DNA of 64,000 nt from a virus. Its lineage: Duplodnaviria; Caudoviricetes. Position numbers and translations under genes: made by a program. The notes under the pieces are model-generated. The model searched no databases. It had not been told where the DNA came from and was given only the letters and a program-made list of their open reading frames with translations. The stretch is from IMG/VR virus record IMGVR_UViG_3300046460_000097. The stretch is one strand, 5' to 3'. Below, piece after piece: positions 9,525 to 18,959 of the stretch (the first letter of the stretch is position 1; each line of letters starts with the position of its first letter).

Positions 9525-11294
9525 ATGACTGATACTCCTAACACCGACAGCACAGGTACTGAACTGAGTGGTGCTGTCGGCGAAGCTGGTATTGTAGGCC
9601 AAGCATCTGCGCCAGCACAGCCTGCAGCCCCTGTGCAACCTGCGGTAGCGAAAGCTACCCACCAGGACAAGCACAATGCTGCAAACACCACCATGACCAA
9701 CATGGTGCCTCCTGCATCCCCTCTGCTTGCCGAGCTGTCGGTTGCTGAGCGTGAGGCTGGCGGTTACCTGACTGTCTTCTTGGGCAACAGCAAGAAAGAC
9801 GTGCTGGAAGCTCAACAGCTGATCGGTAAGTGGTTCACGTTCAATAGCTTCGTGTCGATGGCACAAGAAGGGCGTGTTAACCAATCGACCATGAACAAGG
9901 CCAATGCCGACTGGGAACAGTACGTTGCAGAAACCTATCCTGGTCGTACTCCGAAAGAGATCGCCGATCATGCTGCTGACCTGTATGCGTACATGTCGGA
10001 GATCCAGGACGAGATCAAGGTTCGTAGTCACGTCTGCAACGAAGCGGGTATCACCAACCTCAGCGATCGTGGCGGCAACTACGTTACTGGCGACATCGTC
10101 GGTAAGAAGCCTGCTCGTTCTACCAAGGGTTTCTCTGCAGCTGAAGTAATGCGTCGCTCTGCACTGCGTTCGAACGGCGACAAGCTGATCTTCGACGTAC
10201 TGCTGCGTGACTCCTTCGTCAGCCTGTCGTTCACTCGTCCTAACCGTCTGGAAATGGGCGACCTGCTGAACGATATCCGTCGTACCATCGTCGGCTATGT
10301 GCGTGAGATCAACAACAACAGTGCGGTCCTTGCTCGCATTGCGTCGATCCGCGTCATCTGGAACTTCCTGGCCACGCGCATTACCTCGTGCAGCGTCTCG
10401 GACATCAGCGACTTCCGCCAACTGGCCAACGTTATCACCCTGAACGATATGGAACAGTTCGTGGTGGCGTTGATCGAGTCCCTGAACACCAAGGGTGTCA
10501 ACCTGAACCTGCGCTGCTTGGCACCTTCCTGCAAGTGGGATGCTTTCCACCTGGTAGAGCCGAGCAAGCTGGTACAGATCCGTCCTTCGCTGCGTGTTCC
10601 AGAAGAGCTGGCTATCTATGCCAACCTCATCAACGGTCATGCGAAGTACACCATCGAAGAAACGCTGGCAATGAGTCGTGCGGCGACCTACGGTTTGGAA
10701 ACGAACCGTGTCTACAACGACGACAAGACCATGTGCTTCCTGATTGCGCCACCTGTGTTGACCGAAGCGTTCAATACCTTCGACTACTTCATCGGCCGGG
10801 TTAACCCTCAGCTGTTCGACATCCGTCAAAAGGTTGTTGATCCAGACGAGTATGCAACCCAAATCACCATGGCTCACAACGAGCTGGGTTCGACGGAATA
10901 CATCCACTGGGTATCGGGTTACATCAACCTGCCAACTCCAGGTACTGACGAAGAAGAGATCATCATTCTTCGTAAGGACACGGATGACACCGAGTTCAAC
11001 GAAGGCGTGATGGCGGTCATTCTGGATCACCCAGACATGAACCGTAACCTGACTCGCTTTATCCTGAACAAGACCCCGTACATGTCTCGCACCTTCATCG
11101 GTGTGCAGAACTACGTGTGCCCTGTGTGCAGCAAGCAGTCGGGCGACCTCCAGGACCCGGAACACTTCCTGGACCGCAAGTTGGGTTATACTCCTATTGA
11201 CCCAATCATGAGTTTTTTTACCCTCACCCAGTTGGCGATGCTGGCGCAAGCGGTGGAGTCGGGCAGAGCCAAGTCCGAAGCCCTCTCCGAATAG
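9525..11294 (+). CDS. Putative tail/baseplate assembly chaperone (G-like, 0-frame product)
   Basis: 589 aa with CLAPSC and CPVC cysteine pairs and PIMSFF over the slippery T7 run. The function is inferred by analogy to T4 gp26 and gpG. Confidence 0.55.
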   Translation: MTDTPNTDSTGTELSGAVGEAGIVGQASAPAQPAAPVQPAVAKATHQDKHNAANTTMTNMVPPASPLLAELSVAEREAGGYLTVFLGNSKKDVLEAQQLIGKWFTFNSFVSMAQEGRVNQSTMNKANADWEQYVAETYPGRTPKEIADHAADLYAYMSEIQDEIKVRSHVCNEAGITNLSDRGGNYVTGDIVGKKPARSTKGFSAAEVMRRSALRSNGDKLIFDVLLRDSFVSLSFTRPNRLEMGDLLNDIRRTIVGYVREINNNSAVLARIASIRVIWNFLATRITSCSVSDISDFRQLANVITLNDMEQFVVALIESLNTKGVNLNLRCLAPSCKWDAFHLVEPSKLVQIRPSLRVPEELAIYANLINGHAKYTIEETLAMSRAATYGLETNRVYNDDKTMCFLIAPPVLTEAFNTFDYFIGRVNPQLFDIRQKVVDPDEYATQITMAHNELGSTEYIHWVSGYINLPTPGTDEEEIIILRKDTDDTEFNEGVMAVILDHPDMNRNLTRFILNKTPYMSRTFIGVQNYVCPVCSKQSGDLQDPEHFLDRKLGYTPIDPIMSFFTLTQLAMLAQAVESGRAKSEALSE

Positions 11295-11758
11295 ATCCGC
11301 GTGGGCGAAGAGGGGAAATAGTCTTCAGTCCTGTTTACAGACAGGTCTACAGTCAGTTGGTCGGTGTGTCTACCGCTCACTTGCCTGAGGAGTCAATGGT
11401 GTTCAGTGAGTCAATGCTCCACGACTTAAACATGAACTACTACAACACCAAGACTAAGACCCCTTTCTCGTCGGTACAGTACTTCAAAGAAGAGCACGAG
11501 TATTATCACCCGTGGTCTCTTAAGTCGAGTGGGAAGATGTTCGGGTTCCACAAGCTCCATGAGGTTATTAGTCTCAAAGACTTCATGGAGTGGCCGATGT
11601 GCGTGACCGATGAGTTGCTGGACGGCATTACGGAGGGAAGGAATGAACGGGATAAGCTGGACAACCCTAACCCTCCGGATGCCGATGGTAAGTCGTCTAC
11701 CAACAAAGATCTTAAAGCAATTATGCAGCAGCTGGGTTTGGATAAAAAGCTCTTTTGA
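11219..11758 (+). CDS. -1 frame partner ORF (T-like part of a predicted G-T fusion; ORF track starts it at 11357)
   Basis: The frame is open from 11201 to 11758, with no ATG/GTG/TTG before 11357. It contains HEVISLKDFMEWP, similar to chaperone-T/gp51-type motifs. Confidence 0.6.
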   Translation, partial: YPHPVGDAGASGGVGQSQVRSPLRIDPRGRRGEIVFSPVYRQVYSQLVGVSTAHLPEESMVFSESMLHDLNMNYYNTKTKTPFSSVQYFKEEHEYYHPWSLKSSGKMFGFHKLHEVISLKDFMEWPMCVTDELLDGITEGRNERDKLDNPNPPDADGKSSTNKDLKAIMQQLGLDKKLF

Positions 11759-11796
11759 TTAATACCCCGGGGGCCTTTGGGTTCCCGGGGTATTAA
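11759..11796. terminator. Long inverted-repeat terminator
   Basis: TTAATACCCCGGG...CCCGGGGTATTAA: 13-bp perfect arms. Confidence 0.7.
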
Positions 11797-11800
11797 CCGT

Positions 11801-11808
11801 ATTTTATG
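11801..11808 (+). promoter_or_regulatory. Candidate late promoter (ATTTTATG)
   Basis: TATG core, known for phiKZ nvRNAP late promoters, 57 nt before ATG 11865. The same octamer occurs at 15562 and 41507. Confidence 0.45.
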
Positions 11809-11864
11809 TCGCGACGGCTTTACCAGACACCCTTATTTAAATTCTCATACGAAAGGGCCCTTTC

Positions 11865-12506
11865 ATGAGCAAAGACACCTTTACCTCTCCTCAGGTTACT
11901 GACCTGAGCGGGAAAGCGCCGGCTGAAGCCGAAGCTGCTCCAGTGGTTACCAAGGAAGTTGCACCAGTTGCTGCTCCTCCTGCTGCCGCTGCCCCTGCTA
12001 CCGCCGAAGCTTCCTTCGTGCCTAAGCAAGACGTTATCGCCATTAACAAAATGGTGAACGCCAAGGGTACCGTTACCACCGACGTCATTGTTGCTCGTAT
12101 CAAGCAACACATGGAGTTCTTGTCTGGCGCCAAGCGCTACAAGAGCAAGGAAGAAGAAGTTCAGGAACAAGTGAGCTTCATCGAGACCGTCGGCAACACG
12201 CTGAAACTCGACTTCCCTCAGTACGCCCTGGTGACTGACGAACTGTTGAACGCCATCCGCGACAACAAGGACGTCTTCCAGAAAGGCACCCAGTTCCGCT
12301 TCACCATGGGTCTGGACAAAACCTACCCTGCTCAGTACATCCGCACCTACCAGGTCTACATGACCTTCCTGGCGATGGTTGCGAAGAACTGGGTGTCCCG
12401 CTACAAGCTGGACAAGTTGGTTGACCTGGCTCACGTGATCCACGACTTTGACCGTAAAGGCAAAGAGAACCTCACGCAGTACTTCCGCTACCTGACCCAA
12501 GTCTAA
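11865..12506 (+). CDS. Putative virion/head protein
   Basis: 213 aa with an Ala/Pro-rich N-terminus and very strong codon bias. Confidence 0.7.
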   Translation: MSKDTFTSPQVTDLSGKAPAEAEAAPVVTKEVAPVAAPPAAAAPATAEASFVPKQDVIAINKMVNAKGTVTTDVIVARIKQHMEFLSGAKRYKSKEEEVQEQVSFIETVGNTLKLDFPQYALVTDELLNAIRDNKDVFQKGTQFRFTMGLDKTYPAQYIRTYQVYMTFLAMVAKNWVSRYKLDKLVDLAHVIHDFDRKGKENLTQYFRYLTQV

Positions 12507-12552
12507 CCACGGCCGTCAGTTTAACCCAACCCTCCTTGCAAGGAATAGATTC

Positions 12553-13635
12553 ATGAACGAAGAATACCAACCGGATGGCGACGGCTTCGGTTTGCCAGAC
12601 AGCCCGCACATGGAAATCATGTTCGATTCCCTGACCGACACCGTCGACCAGATGGACATCGCGGGTACTGAGTCCCTGACTCTCACTCCAGCCCAGCACT
12701 ACGCTCAAGGCGTTCTGAGCGCTGCTGGTATCGTTTCCGCTGCCCAGGTAACTGGTAACGAAGGCATCTTCTCGGCCATCGGCGACGGCTTCAAAGCGGT
12801 GTATGACTACATCGTTAAAACCTTCAAGTCCATCTGGGACTTCTTCTTCAACCGTGACAGCGCCAAAGAAGCAGAAGTGGCCAAGACTGCGGTTGACGAG
12901 AACACCAAAGAACTGCAGGCTGCTGAAGCCGGTACTCAGACCGAAGAAGAAGCCAACAAGCAGATCGCTGCTATGGCTACCGTTGCCAACGCTGAAGGCG
13001 GCGACAAAGCTCTGGCTGAAGATCTGGCCGAAGCCAAGAAGGGCGACCTCAAGGAAAAGCGTAAAGCTATCCATGAAGCTCTCAAGACCCTGCCGAAGCT
13101 GAAAGGCGCCGCCAAGCACAACCTGGAAAAGACCATCGAAAGCGCGGTCAAGGTGAAGATGGCATTCACCACCAAAGGTCTGGGCGGCGGCGACAGCAAA
13201 GCTGAAGGCGACGCTGCTGACCACCTGATGGGCAGCAACAAAACCGCCAACGACCTGGTCGACCTGACGGCTGAGATCACCAAGTTCACCATCAAGGACG
13301 CACACTTCATTACCGCTCTGAAGGGTGCTACCTCGATCAACAGCATCGACAAGGCCATTGCGTTCAGCAAAGCCTGCTCGGCCAACATCCAGATGGTGAA
13401 AGAGTTCTCCGACGTTGTCAAAGGCAAGAAGTCGAAGATCGAAGCACTGCTGCATGCTGCTGAAGCCAAGATGAAGTCCGCCAAAGACGGCAAAGACAAA
13501 GACGCACTGTCGAAAGACATCGCCGCTCTGCGTCTGATCGTTGTGATGGGCACTCGCCTGGCCAAGCTGATCGAGCAGAACTACATCAAAGTCAAGGCTG
13601 CTTCGGAAGCCATGAACAAGGTGTTCTGTATCTAA
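12553..13635 (+). CDS. Internal head protein with acidic propeptide
   Basis: 360 aa. GTE and GNE sites are followed by the amphipathic helix GIFSAIGDGFKAVYDYIVKTFKSIWDFFF. Confidence 0.7.
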   Translation: MNEEYQPDGDGFGLPDSPHMEIMFDSLTDTVDQMDIAGTESLTLTPAQHYAQGVLSAAGIVSAAQVTGNEGIFSAIGDGFKAVYDYIVKTFKSIWDFFFNRDSAKEAEVAKTAVDENTKELQAAEAGTQTEEEANKQIAAMATVANAEGGDKALAEDLAEAKKGDLKEKRKAIHEALKTLPKLKGAAKHNLEKTIESAVKVKMAFTTKGLGGGDSKAEGDAADHLMGSNKTANDLVDLTAEITKFTIKDAHFITALKGATSINSIDKAIAFSKACSANIQMVKEFSDVVKGKKSKIEALLHAAEAKMKSAKDGKDKDALSKDIAALRLIVVMGTRLAKLIEQNYIKVKAASEAMNKVFCI

Positions 13636-13651
13636 ACCGTGCAGCATGAAT

Positions 13652-13688
13652 AACCCTACCCACTCCCGACAACGGAGTGGGTAGGGTT
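13652..13688. terminator. Bidirectional terminator
   Basis: AACCCTACCCACTCC / GGAGTGGGTAGGGTT: 15-bp perfect stem between convergent genes. Confidence 0.75.
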
Positions 13689-13697
13689 TATGGCTGC

Positions 13698-15548
13698 TTA
13701 TGCTGCTTTCTTCATTTCTTCTACGGTTGGTTCTACTGCTGGTGCAGGAGTAGGGAACGATACTACGTTGTCAACGCTAACTTCTTCTGGCAGGTTTGCG
13801 CGCATCTCTTTAACCAACTCACCGAAACCTTTGTTGATCAGAGCAGCTTCGAACACTTGCTTGATCTTGTCGATTTCTGGGAAGCGGAACAGGTCATGGC
13901 ACAGACCAATCGCATTCGCCTGCGTACTGGACGCATAGTTAACTGCGATCTCACGGAACTTCGATGGACCAGCCCCTTGGATACCGTACACTTCCATTTG
14001 GGTTGTGTAGTTACTGGCGTTGTTAGCCAGAGTACCGGTTGGGTAAGCACCTTCAACGTCAAGGTCAGAAGTACTGCTACGACCCGAACTGATAACGTCA
14101 TCCAGACCCACAAACAGAGCACGACCCTTGGTGGCGTTCTTCTCAGTATCGAGGAGAGCAATCCAGTCGTCCAGAGTAGGTAGCTTATCGGTGAAGGACT
14201 TATCACGCTGCGAAGGAGTGCTACCCCAGACGTATCCGTTATCCTTGGCAATAAACGACAAGGTGTCCGAGATAAGGCTAGGCTGCGAAACGAAGTTGAA
14301 GTACTCCGAGTAACGAAGCAACATTGGAATCGACAGAGTGAAGTCCAGAGTCTTTTCGTTAATCTCTTCAATTGGGAAGTTATCCCCGATGTTGTATGAA
14401 GAGTACAGATACTTGTACTGCCGTTGCATGTTCCGGTGCCACTGGCCGCTACCCGGGCCCCAAGACATGCCTTCCTCGGTATACAGCTTACCTTTAACGT
14501 TTTCACGCTGAGAGATAGCTTCTAGGCTGTAGCTTTCCAGCTTACCGAATGGGAAACGTTTAATAGCGTAACCCGACATGGCATCCGCCCACTGCCATTT
14601 AGCCATGGTGCGAACGGTAGGGAACTTCTCTTGTGGTTCCAGAGGAGTACGGTCGCCGTTCTCCTTAACCTTGTGAGTACGACCGAGGTTAAGGTTGTAG
14701 GTACGGAACTCTTTTGGAATGCTTGGATCGCTGTAGACGTCTGGAAGGTTGTACCCGTCAGCAATCAAAGCGCGCTCACAGGCTTCCATGTCATAGCTTG
14801 CGTTCCAGCTCAATACCCAGTCAGGCTCCCACTCGTGGAACTTCTGAATACAGGCATAAGCCACTTGGCCCGGAGTATCGAACAACTCGTAAACAACTGT
14901 GCACTTACGACGCTCCAAGTGTTCCTTCAAATACTTGTCTTCTGCTTCCTTGAGCTTACGGAAGATAGTCTCATCATCCGGTTCGTCATACCAACTACGA
15001 ATCGCTGCGAAGTAAGCTTTGTTCTTCATGGTGACAGACGCCATCATGATTGGCTTGTTCTCACCCGGGAAGTCCATGTCCGCTTCAACGTCGAAAGCTG
15101 CTACGGTGTACGGTTCCTTCTCCTGATACTCCCCATACTTCTGGAAGAACTTCTGCTTGAAGTGAACAGGGGTGGTTTGGTCTAACCCGAATACGAACTG
15201 ATGACCCGGGCAACCCTTAACGTCACGAATGGTAGCCTTATAGTCAGCTGCCCCAAACAACTGCTTCTTGACTTCAAACGGAATCTTGCAACGTGGAGCC
15301 TTGTACTCTCTTACCAAACGTTCTTCGATGTAATCTTTAGGCTGGTTAAAACGACGATGGTCATCTTTAACGATCCAGAACGGTTGCTTGTAATTCTCTA
15401 ACGAAATAAACGAGTTGCTGCGGCTACCATCTTCGTGGACGTTAGTAATTTTCGCACACAACAGGTCTTTGCCTTTATCGAAACGACTCATCGCATAAGC
15501 CGCATGCTTGCAAACTTTTGCGATAATAGGTGAAGTGTTTTGTGTCAT
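13698..15548 (-). CDS. Family B DNA polymerase, N-terminal part of split enzyme (3'-5' exonuclease plus motif A; phiKZ gp82-like)
   Basis: Exo I AFDVEAD, Exo II SWNASYD, Exo III YNIGD and polymerase motif A DLDVEGAYP...NNAS. No motif C DxD is seen. Confidence 0.8.
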   Translation of the reverse strand: MTQNTSPIIAKVCKHAAYAMSRFDKGKDLLCAKITNVHEDGSRSNSFISLENYKQPFWIVKDDHRRFNQPKDYIEERLVREYKAPRCKIPFEVKKQLFGAADYKATIRDVKGCPGHQFVFGLDQTTPVHFKQKFFQKYGEYQEKEPYTVAAFDVEADMDFPGENKPIMMASVTMKNKAYFAAIRSWYDEPDDETIFRKLKEAEDKYLKEHLERRKCTVVYELFDTPGQVAYACIQKFHEWEPDWVLSWNASYDMEACERALIADGYNLPDVYSDPSIPKEFRTYNLNLGRTHKVKENGDRTPLEPQEKFPTVRTMAKWQWADAMSGYAIKRFPFGKLESYSLEAISQRENVKGKLYTEEGMSWGPGSGQWHRNMQRQYKYLYSSYNIGDNFPIEEINEKTLDFTLSIPMLLRYSEYFNFVSQPSLISDTLSFIAKDNGYVWGSTPSQRDKSFTDKLPTLDDWIALLDTEKNATKGRALFVGLDDVISSGRSSTSDLDVEGAYPTGTLANNASNYTTQMEVYGIQGAGPSKFREIAVNYASSTQANAIGLCHDLFRFPEIDKIKQVFEAALINKGFGELVKEMRANLPEEVSVDNVVSFPTPAPAVEPTVEEMKKAA

Positions 15549-15561
15549 CGGTATACCCTGC

Positions 15562-15569
15562 ATTTTATG
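15562..15569 (+). promoter_or_regulatory. Candidate late promoter (ATTTTATG)
   Basis: TATG lies 60 nt upstream of ATG 15629, at the head of a structural operon. Confidence 0.45.
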
Positions 15570-15628
15570 CCCGCTTTTAGCGCTATACTAATAGTGCCCC
15601 AGTACTAAAAATAGAGGAGTACTCATTA

Positions 15629-17038
15629 ATGATCTCGATGGATTTTTTGAAACACTCAGTGTCAGGTATGGAGTTCATCGACTTCCAGAGCTCTGACTTT
15701 TACACCAAGCTGTCGTCGTACCTTGAAAGTCAGATTGATGCGGAAGGTTTCCTGTCGCCTGAATCAGCAAAGGGCATCAAACCCCTCATCGCTGAATACA
15801 CTGGTTTCAAGAACATCGACATCAAGTTCGAACAGTCCGGCAACCTGTCTGTTGACACTGGCTACTTCTCCCCGAACCACGTCCTCAACAACGACATGGT
15901 CGACGAACTGCTGAAGACCACGGAGACTACATTGTACCGTTGGTTCACGCAGAACACCGATAAGCTGTTCCGTGGCGGTATCGACTACAAGACCGGCAAG
16001 GTTACGGGTAGCTTTCAAACAGTCCCTGTTACCCTGCGCATCAACGTCAACCTGAATCAGACCTTCCCAAAAGATAAGGTGGGTAAGTTCGGTATCCCGT
16101 TGCAAGGTATTCTGTGCGGTGCTATCGCTCACGAATTGGGTCATGTGTTCAGCGGCTGTATGATGATGTCCACAGTGGTATCTGACAACTTGACCGCCAA
16201 GGCTGCCCTGCGTTTCTATCGCACTTCGAATACCGAAGAAGATCGGGTCGTGGTGCTCAAGGATATCGGTGCTCTGCTGGATGTCCCTGCTGCCAAGCAA
16301 GCCGAACTGCAACGTCTGGCTCAAGACCCTGACGATAAAGCAGTGTTCATGTACTTCGACAAAATGGTGTCGCAACGTAATATGCGTCGCAGTCTTTCTG
16401 TCGGCGTAGAACGTATGTCGTCTGAAGTAGTGGCCGACATGTACGCCATTCGCATGGGCTGTGACAAGGGTATCATTGCGGCTATCTCCATCCTGACTGA
16501 CCACGGCTGCATCCAGACCGTAGTCAACAGCCTGCTGACCGCAACCATGTTCACCCTGCTGCTGTTCCCATCTGCCCTGATGATGAGCCTCGGTGCTGGT
16601 GGTATCGCTGTGGCATTGATGTTCAGCTTCTTCACGTTCACGTTCGTCTTCGTGATGGACTATTTCAGCAAGGGCTACTCTGGTGTGTACAACGCCGACC
16701 ACCGTCGTTTCGATGACGCTGCTCGTCAGTTGATCCAGAAGCTGAAAGAAGACAAATCTGCTCCTGCTAGCCAGAAGGCGCAGATGGTTAAAGAAATCGA
16801 TCAACTGATGGTGCACGCTAAAACCCTGCGCCCTTGGTACGAGTCGACTGTTATCCATCGCTTCATGGGTTGGGTGTTCAGTCAGAGCGATTTTAAATTG
16901 CAAGAGATCGAGCATTATACTGGGGTTGTGGCAAACCATGAGGTCAACACCTTCTCGCATAAACTCCAAGCTCTTAAAGCACGCCGTGACCCTGATAACC
17001 GGGGTGAACCGGAAACCGACAAGACTTACGAATTCTAA
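15629..17038 (+). CDS. Head-operon protein with HExxH zinc metallopeptidase motif and two hydrophobic helices
   Basis: AIAHELGH...SEVVADMYA. Hydrophobic segment LLTATMFTLLLF...ALMFSFFTFTFVFV. N-terminal SGME site. Confidence 0.65.
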   Translation: MISMDFLKHSVSGMEFIDFQSSDFYTKLSSYLESQIDAEGFLSPESAKGIKPLIAEYTGFKNIDIKFEQSGNLSVDTGYFSPNHVLNNDMVDELLKTTETTLYRWFTQNTDKLFRGGIDYKTGKVTGSFQTVPVTLRINVNLNQTFPKDKVGKFGIPLQGILCGAIAHELGHVFSGCMMMSTVVSDNLTAKAALRFYRTSNTEEDRVVVLKDIGALLDVPAAKQAELQRLAQDPDDKAVFMYFDKMVSQRNMRRSLSVGVERMSSEVVADMYAIRMGCDKGIIAAISILTDHGCIQTVVNSLLTATMFTLLLFPSALMMSLGAGGIAVALMFSFFTFTFVFVMDYFSKGYSGVYNADHRRFDDAARQLIQKLKEDKSAPASQKAQMVKEIDQLMVHAKTLRPWYESTVIHRFMGWVFSQSDFKLQEIEHYTGVVANHEVNTFSHKLQALKARRDPDNRGEPETDKTYEF

Positions 17039-17062
17039 CCACTATCCCCAGGAGTACTACCC

Positions 17063-17461
17063 ATGTCTCATTTGATCCACGTCCTCGACTACAAGAAGTA
17101 CCTGACCGAACAAGGCATCACCTGCCCTGTAGAACAAAGCGCCATCCTGGTGGAACCATTCGCCCGTGCGCTGATCCGTCACGCCTACCGCACCGGCGGC
17201 CAGTGGACTTCTGCTGTCGACGCCAAGGCTTGGACCATGCTGGAGAAGTGGAACAGCGTGTCGCCGATCAATGCCCCTCTGGTTCACCAGAAGGCCCTGT
17301 GGCGCATCAACAACCTGAACGGCGCCATGGCCCAGACCGGTACCCTGCCAAAGGCTGAGGAATACACCTGCGTCATCAACGACAAAGATGTAACTCAGAA
17401 CGAGCAGTTCAACACTCTGGTGGCTTACCTGTTGAAAGAGCTGGAGGCCGGCCGTGAGTGA
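17063..17461 (+). CDS. Small putative capsid-associated protein
   Basis: 132 aa with AGGAG RBS and strong codon bias. Confidence 0.75.
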   Translation: MSHLIHVLDYKKYLTEQGITCPVEQSAILVEPFARALIRHAYRTGGQWTSAVDAKAWTMLEKWNSVSPINAPLVHQKALWRINNLNGAMAQTGTLPKAEEYTCVINDKDVTQNEQFNTLVAYLLKELEAGRE

Positions 17462-18959
17462 ATCGCAACTCGACTCCTACTTCCAGCTGGGTAACAGTGC
17501 GCCTACCGACGCCTACCAGCCAGGTGAAGACAAGCAACGTATTGACCTGACCGAGTTCTATCGGGACAGTGATCAAGACAACGCAACTGTTATGGTCATG
17601 GGTGCGGAAGAGCTGGCGCTGGGTAAGTTGTCCAAGCGTACCGCTATCCTGCTCAGCCTGTCGGGTACTGAGAGCTACGATCCGTTCCCATCTGAGCGTA
17701 ACGCACGCATGGGCACCGAAGGCTTCTTCAGCACCATTGCAGAGGGTTTCAAGAAGTTCATTGAAACCATCATCAAGTACATCCGCATGGCCATCGACTG
17801 GGTTATCGACCTGATCCAAGGCATCTTCGGTTTCCGTAAGAGCGCCCGCATCAACGAAGAGATCAACAAGTCTCTCGACGAGATGAAGATCGAGTTCGCC
17901 AAGACCCTGAACGGTTTGGGCTTCCCTGGCAACGTGTACAACGTGGAAACCTTCTTGGGTGACCTGCCACCGAACCAAGACCGCCAAGCGCAACTGCACC
18001 TGCTGCGTAGCAAGTTCGACAAGGACAGTGATCAAGTCAAGAAATTGTCTGACACCGTTCCCCTGTTGCAACAGGCCATGGGCAAGATCAAGCAGATCGG
18101 CGAGCGGGCTGAGCGTACGTTCAAGACCTTCAAGAAGACCTTGGGCGAAGAGTTCAACCGTAGCAAGGTTCGTCACCACACCGCCAACAACACCGCGCCG
18201 CTGACCGAAGTCAACCGCGTGATGAAGGCTATCGAGGAAGCTACTCTCGCGCTGGATTCGACTGAGCTGGTGGGTCTGGTGTCGAAGACCTACAGCACCC
18301 TGTTCGGTATCACCTTCACCAACGAAGAGCTGACCAACGGCTTCACTGAAGTGCAGAAGAAGCTTCAGGAAAACGTCAAGCTGGAAGTGGTTAAGCTGGA
18401 CAAGGTCAATGTGGGCGAGACCCTGAGCAACATCCAGGATCTGAACACCCGCTACATGGGCATGGTCAGCGACGAGATCGATATCTCCAAGGTCAACTGG
18501 AAGGCGATGGGTACCATGATCGACCGTTCGGATGCCGAGAAGGTTGAGCTCATGTCGAAGATGTACAACGCTCCGACCATGTTGGCCAACTATCAGAAGC
18601 TGTCGTTGAACATCCGCAACTTCACTCAGTTCTGCTTCTTCGTAACGAACGAGCTGCGCCGGGTAGAGAAGCAGATCACCGACCTGATCGAATGGCACCA
18701 GCGGACCCATGCGTACTACTACGCCGGTTTCGTTAACGACCTGGATAAGCTCAAGGAGATCGTTCTTGATGCTCAAAGCAAGGGTCACGCGCCTTTGATC
18801 GGCAACGATCACATGGTCTTCATCAAGGCGGCCGACGCACAGACCTTCATGGAGAAGCTCTCGGCTAACATTAACTTCGGTCTGGAGAACGATATCGGTG
18901 GTCTGAAGACTATCGTTAACAACTTCTCCAAACAGACTGGTTGGGGTAAACTGATATGA
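17454..18959 (+). CDS. Internal head protein
   Basis: 501 aa, GTG start with GGAGG. GTE sites precede GFFSTIAEGFKKFIETIIKY. Confidence 0.72.
   Translation: MSESQLDSYFQLGNSAPTDAYQPGEDKQRIDLTEFYRDSDQDNATVMVMGAEELALGKLSKRTAILLSLSGTESYDPFPSERNARMGTEGFFSTIAEGFKKFIETIIKYIRMAIDWVIDLIQGIFGFRKSARINEEINKSLDEMKIEFAKTLNGLGFPGNVYNVETFLGDLPPNQDRQAQLHLLRSKFDKDSDQVKKLSDTVPLLQQAMGKIKQIGERAERTFKTFKKTLGEEFNRSKVRHHTANNTAPLTEVNRVMKAIEEATLALDSTELVGLVSKTYSTLFGITFTNEELTNGFTEVQKKLQENVKLEVVKLDKVNVGETLSNIQDLNTRYMGMVSDEIDISKVNWKAMGTMIDRSDAEKVELMSKMYNAPTMLANYQKLSLNIRNFTQFCFFVTNELRRVEKQITDLIEWHQRTHAYYYAGFVNDLDKLKEIVLDAQSKGHAPLIGNDHMVFIKAADAQTFMEKLSANINFGLENDIGGLKTIVNNFSKQTGWGKLI

Noticed and set aside
13689-13692. TATG after terminators at 13689 and 50887 as late promoters
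   Set aside because: They point into convergent genes, and one is just a reverse-strand stop codon context.
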